Positions 8,043 to 16,630 of a stretch of 24,039 nucleotides of DNA are shown here, piece after piece. The stretch's first letter is position 1, and the number at the start of each line of letters is the position of its first letter. Source of the stretch: a virus (taxonomy: Duplodnaviria; Caudoviricetes); the IMG/VR virus record IMGVR_UViG_3300032295_000199, positions 1 to 24,039 of that record; one strand, given 5' to 3'. The position numbers were made by a program, and so were the translations under genes. The notes below the pieces were generated by a model. It searched no databases. It was not told the DNA's origin and saw nothing but the letters and a program-made list of their open reading frames with translations.

Positions 8043-8068
8043 CGGAGGCCCCTTGCGAGGGACAACCG
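8043..8068 (+). promoter_or_regulatory. Small hairpin in the capsid leader (CCCT-TGCG-AGGG-ACAAC)
   Basis: Stem CCCT(8050-53)/AGGG(8058-61), TGCG loop, flanked by CGG and ACAA-CCG. Function inferred only. Confidence 0.4.
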
Positions 8069-8124
8069 ATGCAGAAGGCATTCGATCATCTACAATCGTA
8101 ACTTCTACTTAGGAAACAACAACA

Positions 8125-9234
8125 ATGCCGGATTTTGTTAATCCGTCGCGTCTTGGTCAGGCGAATCTGGCCGGAGATGCTGACGCTCTTTTCTTGAAGG
8201 TCTTTAGTGGTGAGATCATCACGACCTTTGAGAAGTACAACGTGATGATGCCCCTCCACCGTGTTCGCACGATCCAGAGCGGCAAGTCTGCTACCTTCCC
8301 GGTGACTGGCGTGGCTGGTGCCAAGTACCATGTCCCCGGCGAGTCCGTCCTCAGCGAGGCTACGGGTGCTGAGGGCTTTGCTGGCGCATCGGCTTCAACC
8401 TTTGCGACTGGCGTGTCCTTTGATACGGGCAACAGCCCTACCTCGAAGTACCTCAGCCGCTTCAAGCACAACGAGAAGGTCATCTTCATCGATGATGTGC
8501 TTGTCTCCAGCGTCTTCGTGGCCGACATCGATGAGATGAAGAACCACTACGATGTCCGCAGCATCTACAGCACGGAGATTGGTCGCGCTCTGGCCTACAC
8601 GGCTGACAAGAACCTGATCCGAAGCGTGATCGCTGGTGCCCGTAAGACCACGGATCGCTTCGGCGGTTCGACGGCTTCGGACGGCTACCTCGGTGCCCGT
8701 GTTCGCGCTGGTTCCACCGCCACGCCCACGGGTGACGAACTGCTTGATGCTTTCTTCGTGGCTGCTCAGAAGATGGACGAGGCCAATGTCCCCTCGGAGG
8801 ACCGCTACGCCATCCTGCCTCCGGGCGAGTACTACAAGATGGTCAACAGCCAGTCCGATGCCATCAACCGCGACTATGCGGGTGAGGGCAGCGTGGCCCG
8901 TGGTGAGATCATCCGGGTTGCTGGCATTCAGATCATGAAGAGCAACCATGTGCCGACTGCCAATGAGTCCAGCACTCAGGACACTCTCCATGGTGCTTCG
9001 GGCATCAAGAACGACCTGTCGGGTGCCGATACGGGCTACTCTGGCCTCAACTACACCAGCACCCGTGGCATCATCTTCCACCGTGAGGCTCTCGGCACGG
9101 TCAAGTTGATGGATCTCTCGCTGGAGTCGGAGTACATCATGGAACGCCTTGGTACGCTCATGCTTGCCAAGTACGCCATGGGTCACAACGTCCTCCGCGA
9201 GGAGTGCTGCTACGAACTCTACGCCACGGCCTAA
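8125..9234 (+). CDS. gp10: Major capsid protein (T7 gp10A-like)
   Basis: ALFLKVFSGEI, RTIQSGKSATFP, KHNEKVIFIDDVL, NHYDVRSIYSTEIGRALA, KYAMGHNVLREE. A-rich leader with TAGGA. TAA TAG double stop. Confidence 0.97.
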   Translation: MPDFVNPSRLGQANLAGDADALFLKVFSGEIITTFEKYNVMMPLHRVRTIQSGKSATFPVTGVAGAKYHVPGESVLSEATGAEGFAGASASTFATGVSFDTGNSPTSKYLSRFKHNEKVIFIDDVLVSSVFVADIDEMKNHYDVRSIYSTEIGRALAYTADKNLIRSVIAGARKTTDRFGGSTASDGYLGARVRAGSTATPTGDELLDAFFVAAQKMDEANVPSEDRYAILPPGEYYKMVNSQSDAINRDYAGEGSVARGEIIRVAGIQIMKSNHVPTANESSTQDTLHGASGIKNDLSGADTGYSGLNYTSTRGIIFHREALGTVKLMDLSLESEYIMERLGTLMLAKYAMGHNVLREECCYELYATA

Positions 9235-9265
9235 TAGCCGGGTGTAGATCACTTCCTCTGGAATG

Positions 9266-9311
9266 AAGAGGGGGTGGTTCCCTTAGTTGGGTTCCACCCC
9301 CTCTTTTCTTT
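9266..9311 (+). terminator. Terminator after capsid gene (T-phi position)
   Basis: AAGAGGGGGTGG (9266-77) pairs with CCACCCCCTCTT (9294-9305), followed by a T-rich tract. Confidence 0.85.
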
Positions 9312-9328
9312 GAGTCTAGGATCCTAGA

Positions 9329-9928
9329 ATGGCCCTGACCAAGACCACCAAACTGCAAGCCATCAACACCATTCTGGCTACCGTGGGAGAACCGCCGATC
9401 AACTCCCTGAATGCCCAGAGGGCCGACTCCCTGATTGCCCAGAATCTTCTGGACGAGGTAACTCGGGAAGTCCTGTCCTACGGATGGCAGTTCAACACGG
9501 ACGAGAATGTCGTGATGAGCCCGGAGACCTCCAGCGGCTTCATCTATGTGAGCGACAGCGTTGTGCGGGTGGACATGGATCCCCGGTATAACCTCAACTA
9601 CGACATCGTCCTTCGCGGCAACCGTCTGTACAACCGGAAGACGAACTCCTACCAGTTCACCGAATCCATCACGGTGATTCGCGTCAACCTGATGGACTTC
9701 GATGACATGCCGGAGGCGGCCAAGCGGTACATCACCATCCGTGCTGCCCGGATCTACCAAGACCGCATGGTGGGCTCCCAGACCCTCCACGGCTTCACCC
9801 AGCAGGACGAGATTCAGGCCCTTGCCCGGATGACCGAGTACGAGAACGAAGTCGGTGACTACACCATCTTCGATCACCCCGATGTGTACCGTACCTTCAT
9901 CCGCCGTGGCTCCTACCGAGTGATCTGA
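9329..9928 (+). CDS. gp11: Tail tubular protein A (adaptor)
   Basis: LQAINTILATVGEPPINSL, GWQFNT, FDDMPEAAKRYITIRAAR; synteny after capsid. Confidence 0.95.
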   Translation: MALTKTTKLQAINTILATVGEPPINSLNAQRADSLIAQNLLDEVTREVLSYGWQFNTDENVVMSPETSSGFIYVSDSVVRVDMDPRYNLNYDIVLRGNRLYNRKTNSYQFTESITVIRVNLMDFDDMPEAAKRYITIRAARIYQDRMVGSQTLHGFTQQDEIQALARMTEYENEVGDYTIFDHPDVYRTFIRRGSYRVI

Positions 9929-12450
9929 TGCCCCTGATTACCTCTCCCATCCCGAACTTCATCGGTGGCGTAAGCCAGCAGCCTCCTGCCATCCGGGCAA
10001 CCAACGAGGCCGAGGCCATCGACAACGCCGTGCCTTCCCCCGTGGAAGGGCTGATGAAGCGGCCTCCGTCCGAGCATATCTCGGCGGTGGCAAATGCCTC
10101 GGGAACCCTGCGTACTTGCTCCCTGACCCAGCCCCCGTTCATCCACATGGTTGAGCGGGACGAGTCGGAGCGGTACCTGTTGTCGGTGCAGCAGGACGGG
10201 ACGCTGGACATCTACGATCTGGCGGGTAATAGGAAGACGCTGTATGTGGACGGGGCCACGACCCTAGGAACCGCCACGGCTGATCAGCGGAAGATCCTGA
10301 CCATCGGTGATGTGTCGTTCATCCTGAACACCACCACCACGGTGACGGCTGCTGCCACGCTTTCCTCCAGCACCCCGACTAACTATGCACGGGCCTGTCT
10401 GATCTGGATTCGTCAATCCAACTACCATCGGAAACACTCCATTGCGTTGACCACGACTGGAGCATCTCCGACAACCACGACTTTTAGCCATGCTGCCTCA
10501 GGTGCGGGCGATATTGGAACCCACCATGTGGCTGCATCTTTGTTTGATGGAACCAGCGGTCAGTACAGCGGCCCTTCGGGTGGCATCAACGCCCACGCGA
10601 CTTACGGCAACTCCCTTCTTGCCGATGGCGTCCTGTATATCCAGTCCACGGTTGATTTCAACGCGGTGCTGACCGATGACTTTGCCGGGGAAGGAATGAC
10701 CCTGATTCGGGACGAGGTGACTCGGTTTGAGGATCTTCCTCCTACGGCACCTCATGGCTATACCGTGCGTGTCCTCGGCAGCCCCGAGTCGGACATCGAT
10801 GACTACTATGTCAAGTTCGTGGCAGACAACGGAACTTTCTCCCGTGGAATCTGGGAGGAGACCGTTGCTCCGGGCGTGAAGTATCTCTGGACCAACTCCA
10901 CGCTTCCTGCGATCCTGATCCGGCAGTCTGACGGCACCTTCATGCTGAAGTACGCCGATGGCAGCACTCCGGGATCCAATGTCCCTGCCGGGGCTGACTA
11001 CAGCACCTACAAGTGGACCAATCGACTGGTTGGCAGCGACGAGACCAATCCCTACCCGTCCTTCCTCGGGCTGAAGATTCAGGAGATGGTGCTGCACCAG
11101 AATCGGCTCGGATTCATGTCGGGCGAGAACATCGTCTTCAGCGAGGTCTCCTCGTTCTTCAATTTCTTCCGAACCACCACGCTGGATCTTCTGGACTCGG
11201 ACATTATCGATGTCGCCTCCTCCAGTCCCCGTGTCGGCAAGATCTTGGCGGCAATCCCCTTCAACCGGGATCTGATCCTGTTTACGCCCAACAGCCAGAT
11301 GGTGCTGCGAGGTGGTGATGTCCTGTCTCCCAAGTCCATTGCCTTGATTCCGGCAGCGGACTACGAGAATCAGGCATCCATCGTCAAGCCCGTGTCCTCG
11401 GCCAACAGCATCTTCTTCACCTACTCCAACGGCGACTATGTGGGGATGCGTGAACTGATCCCGCAGCCAGCCTTGGACGGGGCCTACCTTGCCAACGATC
11501 TGACCAACAATGTGGCCCGGTACATCCCCGGACTGCCCACCCACCTGACGGCAACCACCCACGACAACATCGCCTTCATCGTGTCGCAGGGAAATCTGTA
11601 TGGGTATCGCTACTTCATGGTGAACAACGAGCGGGTGCAGTCTGCGTGGTTCAGGTTTACCTTTGCGGACTCCAGCGTCATCTCCGGGGCCTTTGCCAAG
11701 GCGATCTGGGCTGGGTTCGTGGAGTCGGATCTGTACATCGCCGTCCTCCGTACCGCCACCAACTCCAGCACGGCCTTCATCACCTACGAGAAGATCCGGA
11801 TGGGTGCAGGGATCTCCGACTCGGCTGTAAGCAGCAGGGACTGGCTGACCCATCTTGATCAGCGGAAGTACTACGCGGCTGGTACGGGTACCTACAACTC
11901 GACTACCGGAAGGACCACCTTCACCCTTGCCAAGCCCCTGTCGCACGGCAATGTCCAAGTGGTCGGCACCAACGGCTATGTCCTGAGCAAGACCGGGGGC
12001 ACGAATTACTCAGAGCCAACGGCTGGTACGGTGGTGGTGAACGGAGACTGGAGCGCACGGGCGGTCTGGATCGGCGTTCCCTACACTATGACCTTCCAGT
12101 TCTCCACCCAGTACCTCAAGGGAGCCGCAGGAAGGGGTCAGGCTGCCCTTGTGAGTGGTCGGTACCAACTCCGATACCTCACCCTCCAGTACGCCGACAC
12201 GGCCTATTTCCGGGTCACGGCAGAGATCAAGACCGAGGACACCTATGTCTATCCGTTCACGGGAGAGATCATCGGTACCGGAGTCATCGGGGTAACCAAC
12301 ATCTCCTCCGGAGCCGTCAGGATCCCGGTGTTCTCCAAGAACGACAACCTGATCCTGAAGATCATCAATGACTCCCACATGCCCTCCAAGTTCCTGAGTG
12401 GCGAGATGGAGGCTTACTACAATGATCGGGCCCAGAGGTACAATGCTTGA
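9928..12450 (+). CDS. gp12: Tail tubular protein B (nozzle)
   Basis: IPNFIGGVSQQP, EGLMKRPP, PSFLG...HQNRLGFMSGENIVFS, FFNFFRTT, QSAWFRF, GRYQLR; TGATG coupling. Confidence 0.95.
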   Translation: MPLITSPIPNFIGGVSQQPPAIRATNEAEAIDNAVPSPVEGLMKRPPSEHISAVANASGTLRTCSLTQPPFIHMVERDESERYLLSVQQDGTLDIYDLAGNRKTLYVDGATTLGTATADQRKILTIGDVSFILNTTTTVTAAATLSSSTPTNYARACLIWIRQSNYHRKHSIALTTTGASPTTTTFSHAASGAGDIGTHHVAASLFDGTSGQYSGPSGGINAHATYGNSLLADGVLYIQSTVDFNAVLTDDFAGEGMTLIRDEVTRFEDLPPTAPHGYTVRVLGSPESDIDDYYVKFVADNGTFSRGIWEETVAPGVKYLWTNSTLPAILIRQSDGTFMLKYADGSTPGSNVPAGADYSTYKWTNRLVGSDETNPYPSFLGLKIQEMVLHQNRLGFMSGENIVFSEVSSFFNFFRTTTLDLLDSDIIDVASSSPRVGKILAAIPFNRDLILFTPNSQMVLRGGDVLSPKSIALIPAADYENQASIVKPVSSANSIFFTYSNGDYVGMRELIPQPALDGAYLANDLTNNVARYIPGLPTHLTATTHDNIAFIVSQGNLYGYRYFMVNNERVQSAWFRFTFADSSVISGAFAKAIWAGFVESDLYIAVLRTATNSSTAFITYEKIRMGAGISDSAVSSRDWLTHLDQRKYYAAGTGTYNSTTGRTTFTLAKPLSHGNVQVVGTNGYVLSKTGGTNYSEPTAGTVVVNGDWSARAVWIGVPYTMTFQFSTQYLKGAAGRGQAALVSGRYQLRYLTLQYADTAYFRVTAEIKTEDTYVYPFTGEIIGTGVIGVTNISSGAVRIPVFSKNDNLILKIINDSHMPSKFLSGEMEAYYNDRAQRYNA

Positions 12451-12914
12451 TCGATGCCCGTAGGACCATTCTCCCAGACATTCACCAGATTGCTGCGGAC
12501 ATGCGTCCTGAGGACATCGCTGAGGCTCAGGCTGCTCTCGGGGAGACCCCACACAAGGCTTTGTTCCGTGGATACATCGTGTCTACGGAATGCTATACCG
12601 TGTTCCATGAGCAGAGCCGGAAGCCGCTTGCCATGTTTGCCTACCAGATCACGGAACCCAAGGTGTCCGCTACGGTCTGGCTTCTTGCGGCGAATGGGCT
12701 GCTTGATCATCGAATGGAGTTTGCCCGGAAGTCCCGAGCATGGGTCTCCTACTTCCAGACCAAGGCTCCGCTGCTGTACAACATGGTCGATCAGCGAAAC
12801 ACCCTTCACATCCGATGGCTTGATTGGGTGGGATTCAAGTTCGTCCGGGTGATCCCCGAGTGGGGCAAGGGTCGGCTTCCGTTCGTTGAGTTTGCGAGGA
12901 CTGGCAATGGATGA
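12447..12914 (+). CDS. gp13: T7 gp13-like protein (putative GNAT fold, DUF2833-like)
   Basis: MRPEDIAE, VWLL, LYNMVDQRNTLHIRWLDWVGFKF; TTGA overlap with gp12 stop. Confidence 0.85.
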   Translation: MIDARRTILPDIHQIAADMRPEDIAEAQAALGETPHKALFRGYIVSTECYTVFHEQSRKPLAMFAYQITEPKVSATVWLLAANGLLDHRMEFARKSRAWVSYFQTKAPLLYNMVDQRNTLHIRWLDWVGFKFVRVIPEWGKGRLPFVEFARTGNG

Positions 12915-13311
12915 GATCCAGAAGGCCGAATCCCTGCAAGCGGAACTGCTGAAGCAGCCTCAGGTCAAGATTGACACCACCCACCTGATTCACGGCCAGA
13001 TGTATGCCCGGACCATCCTCGTCCCGGCAAACACGGTCGTAGTCGGTGCCCTGACGAATCTGGACAACATCTGCATCGTCAACGGGGACATCACCGTGAC
13101 CACGGACCTCGGTGTCATGCGCCTGACCGGATACCACATCCTCCCAGCCGAGAAGGGCTACAAGCGAATTGGCTTGGCCCATGCGGACACGGTCTGGACA
13201 ACCATCATCCACACGAACGGCAAGACGGTGGACGAGATCGAACTGGAGATGACCAGCGAAGCCCACCTCTTGCAGACCAGACAGAACCTGATTTCACCCC
13301 CGGAGAATTGA
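12907..13311 (+). CDS. Cupin-like beta-barrel hypothetical protein
   Basis: H..GQMYARTILVPANTVVVG...GDITV...KRIGLAHADTVWTTI beta-strand pattern. ATG at 12907 overlaps the gp13 end, with GAGGA upstream. Confidence 0.65.
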   Translation: MDEIQKAESLQAELLKQPQVKIDTTHLIHGQMYARTILVPANTVVVGALTNLDNICIVNGDITVTTDLGVMRLTGYHILPAEKGYKRIGLAHADTVWTTIIHTNGKTVDEIELEMTSEAHLLQTRQNLISPPEN

Positions 13312-13312
13312 C

Positions 13313-13999
13313 ATGGCATTCGTAGCCGTAGCCGTTGGCGTTGGAGTCGCCTCAATCGGCGTTAATCTTGCAGCACAGTCGAAGGCTGCCAGCGAACAGA
13401 ACAAGTATCGGCGTTCTCTCGGCATCTCCCAGAACAAGCAGTACCAGCAGAATGCCGAGGCGGTTATTCGTGATGTCGGGATGCAGATCGACCAGTTGGC
13501 GCAGCGCGAGATCGAAACCATGGCTGCCACTCGCCAGCAACTGGAGACCGTGAGCCGGGATGCCCGTGAAGCCGGATCCATGGCTCGTACTGCGGTTGCC
13601 GCTGCGGGAGTCGAGGGTCGATCCGTGGACGCGCTGCACAACCAGTTTGTCCGTGATGTCGCTGACTTTGAGTCCACGGCCATCCGGAACATCAGCAACT
13701 TCCGTGGGCAGTCTGCCATGGAAGCCAAGGCGATCTACGCCCGTGGGCAGAATGCCATCAACAACGGCTACCCGAACCCGCTGCCGCCTCCGGCAACCGT
13801 GTCCCCGGCAACCAGCATCATGCAGGGCATCTCGACCGGAATCTCCGTCTACGGAGCCCTCGGATCGTTCAAGACTCCTGATGGGGTTGGTGAAGCGGCG
13901 AATCCGACTACCAACTTCACACAGGCACCGACTCCGGCGCAGATGTATTCTCCCTACCAGTCCACTCCAGTCCTCTTTGGAGGAGGGCGTCTAGCCTAA
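13313..13999 (+). CDS. Internal virion (ejection) protein, gp14-like
   Basis: Hydrophobic N-terminus, Ala/Gln-rich helices, AAAGVEGRSVDAL motif; synteny. Confidence 0.8.
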   Translation: MAFVAVAVGVGVASIGVNLAAQSKAASEQNKYRRSLGISQNKQYQQNAEAVIRDVGMQIDQLAQREIETMAATRQQLETVSRDAREAGSMARTAVAAAGVEGRSVDALHNQFVRDVADFESTAIRNISNFRGQSAMEAKAIYARGQNAINNGYPNPLPPPATVSPATSIMQGISTGISVYGALGSFKTPDGVGEAANPTTNFTQAPTPAQMYSPYQSTPVLFGGGRLA

Positions 14000-14003
14000 T
14001 ACC

Positions 14004-16628
14004 ATGGCAAAGCAGCGACCATCCCTCGGCGTTTCCGCAGCCCCCGTAAGCACCTATGTTGCCTCGGTGGCCCCGGCAGTTGAACTGTACGACCAGCAGA
14101 GCGTCAACCTTGCCCTCCAGTTCGCTGATGCGTTCAAGGACCTGTCTGTCTCCGCAGCCCAGATTGCCGGGTCGATGAAGAAGCAGATGAACGAGGAGGA
14201 TGTCCAGAAGGGCATTGACCTCGTCAACCAGAGCCGCAAGTCGTACAAGACGCTGGTGGACTCCGGTGAGATCAAGCCCACCGAGAACCCGTGGATGGCC
14301 ATCGGTGCCCAGCAAGCAAGCGGAACCATGGAGGGCATGAAGGCCCGAGCCCACTTCAGCCAAGTCTACGAGCGTAGGTCTCAGGAAGACCCGGCGTTCT
14401 TTGACGGTTCCTCCGGCTTTGATGCGCTGGCCACCCAGTACACGCAGAATGTGAACTCGGTGATCGGCAATGCACCCTACATGAGCAGGGCCTTCTACGA
14501 GGCGTTCAACCCCTACATCGCATCGATGGGGATGAAGCATGAGGAGAAGGTGACCGAGGTCCGCAACCAGCGCGTCCTTGTGGGTGTTGGGGCCGAGGTC
14601 GCCAAGGCCGTGGCTGATTTCCGCAGTCCCGACAAGATCATCAGCCAGAATGCCTCTCTCGCTCTTCAGGAGGCGGCTGATGACTTCATCCGATCCGGAT
14701 ACAGCGCAAAGCAGATCAACGAGGCCATTGTTGACAATCTGATCAACCAGATGGCGACTGCCGAGGATGTCGAGGGTGCCGAGCAGATCTTCAACTCCTT
14801 GAAGTCCGGTACCGCCCTGCTCAAGGACACGGAGTATGCCAAGGCAGCCCTGCTTGCCAACCGTGCCAAGATTGAGAACAACCGTAACAAACTGACCATG
14901 CAGGAGTCCCGGCAGTTCTACGAGTGGTGGCAGGGCCTCAAGCCGTCCGTCATCAGCGGCAAGATCACGCAGGAACAGGCTCTGGAAAAGTTCAACCAGT
15001 TCGTTGAGGGGCCGGATCGCAAGATCTCAATCACGGGTCCCGAGGCTGAGTCCAAGCGGTCTTGGATCCTGAACGAGATCGAACAGGGCAAGGCCGAGGC
15101 CAAGCGGGAACTGATTAAGGAACAGGAGAACGCTGTTCTTGGAGTGATTAACAGTTCAGGCTCCAGTATCATCCCTGCCGAATTCCTGAACGACGAAGCC
15201 AAGTATCGAAGCCATCTTGAAGAGAAGATGGAGGCCATGTTCCTAACCTTTGGTATGGACGAAGCCCAGAAGTTGCAGTACCGGAGTATCTTTGAGCGCG
15301 TCTGGGAAAGTTCTGCTCAGAAGAGGGCTGAGTACCGGATTACCGCCCTGTCGGAGAGCATTTGGACTGGAGACCTTGGACCGGATGGCAACAAGCAGAA
15401 TGGTCTGGATGTGACTGCTGCTACGCAGTTTGCCAACTTCCTTTCTCCTCCGAAGGGGGAGATGCCGAGCGTTCCTCAGTTCGTGGAGATGAAGGCCCGT
15501 ATTGATGACAAGCGTTCTCTCATGGGCGTGGCTCCCGATACCGAGAAGGCCCAGACCCTGTATCGACAGGACTATGACCGACTTGATCGGATCCTGACTG
15601 CACAGGAAGAGGCTGTGGCTCAGCAGTTCAATGGGAACTTGAATGCAACGGTAACGGATACTCCTACTCAACTGGCGGCCAAGTCGGATATTCGATCTCG
15701 TTTCCGCTTCCTTCGCATGAAGATGGGCGAGGTCTTCAACGATGATCGGGAAGTTCGCAAGGCAACTCTGCTGTACAACACAGCACTCAGCACAGTCAAC
15801 GCGGAAACCGGAGAGGCTTCGGATGCTTTCCAAGATACGCTGGCCGCTTACCGCCTCGCTGTAGCAAACAATCTGGAACTTGACAGGGTAGTTCTGAATC
15901 CACAGTCACCCAATGGTAAGCGGATGCTCACCGAGTTGAAGTGGGCCATGAGTCAGTTGTCTTCTGGCGTAGATGCAGTCAATATCCAGAGAGACATCGC
16001 GGCTGGTCGCGTCTTTGGATCGGAGATCGACACTAACTTCTTTGATCGCCAGAATTCATGGGGCTGGCTTGAGTTCAACTCGGGAAGCGGCATCGCTGCC
16101 GAGGAATTCAATACGGCAATGGTTGAGTGGAGGGGAAGAAACGGCATTTCCGAGCCGGATGCCACCTACTACTCCACGGCTGAGTACTTCAAGCACTACG
16201 CCAACGCGGTGCGTGGCGAGGCAATGGGAAACAACAAGAAGGCCATCCGCATCGCCAATGCCGCCATGGAGCGCGACAACATCCTTGTTCGTGGGTCGCT
16301 GATTCCCAAGAAGAATCTGTCTTCCTCGGTCGATTCGGAGTACCTTGAGGCTTACCTCCGGGTGAACTACCCCAAGGCCCCCAACGCTACCTTCGTCGTT
16401 GTCCAGACCACCACCGATGGTGCGCTCCTTGCCGTCCGAGAGAATGGCATCGCACTCGACAATAAGTTGATCCGCTCCACCGACCTGAATCCCTCCGGCA
16501 AGAATCCCGAGATCGTTGACATGGTCCGGAAGATCTACGCTGAGAAGGAAGTCGGACGAAAGCGTAAGCAGTACCGAGACATTGTTACTGAGGGCATGGA
16601 AGCCACTCCGGGGGTTCCTAGGTTCTAA
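14004..16628 (+). CDS. Internal virion (ejection) protein, gp15-like
   Basis: 874 aa largely helical protein between gp14-like and gp16-like genes; LVDSGEIKPTENPW N-terminal segment. Confidence 0.7.
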   Translation: MAKQRPSLGVSAAPVSTYVASVAPAVELYDQQSVNLALQFADAFKDLSVSAAQIAGSMKKQMNEEDVQKGIDLVNQSRKSYKTLVDSGEIKPTENPWMAIGAQQASGTMEGMKARAHFSQVYERRSQEDPAFFDGSSGFDALATQYTQNVNSVIGNAPYMSRAFYEAFNPYIASMGMKHEEKVTEVRNQRVLVGVGAEVAKAVADFRSPDKIISQNASLALQEAADDFIRSGYSAKQINEAIVDNLINQMATAEDVEGAEQIFNSLKSGTALLKDTEYAKAALLANRAKIENNRNKLTMQESRQFYEWWQGLKPSVISGKITQEQALEKFNQFVEGPDRKISITGPEAESKRSWILNEIEQGKAEAKRELIKEQENAVLGVINSSGSSIIPAEFLNDEAKYRSHLEEKMEAMFLTFGMDEAQKLQYRSIFERVWESSAQKRAEYRITALSESIWTGDLGPDGNKQNGLDVTAATQFANFLSPPKGEMPSVPQFVEMKARIDDKRSLMGVAPDTEKAQTLYRQDYDRLDRILTAQEEAVAQQFNGNLNATVTDTPTQLAAKSDIRSRFRFLRMKMGEVFNDDREVRKATLLYNTALSTVNAETGEASDAFQDTLAAYRLAVANNLELDRVVLNPQSPNGKRMLTELKWAMSQLSSGVDAVNIQRDIAAGRVFGSEIDTNFFDRQNSWGWLEFNSGSGIAAEEFNTAMVEWRGRNGISEPDATYYSTAEYFKHYANAVRGEAMGNNKKAIRIANAAMERDNILVRGSLIPKKNLSSSVDSEYLEAYLRVNYPKAPNATFVVVQTTTDGALLAVRENGIALDNKLIRSTDLNPSGKNPEIVDMVRKIYAEKEVGRKRKQYRDIVTEGMEATPGVPRF

Positions 16629-16630
16629 AC

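Noticed and set aside
9200-9328. Possible T7 gp10B-type frameshift extension of the capsid
   Set aside because: No clear slippery site, tandem TAA TAG stops, and a terminator follows within about 30 nt.
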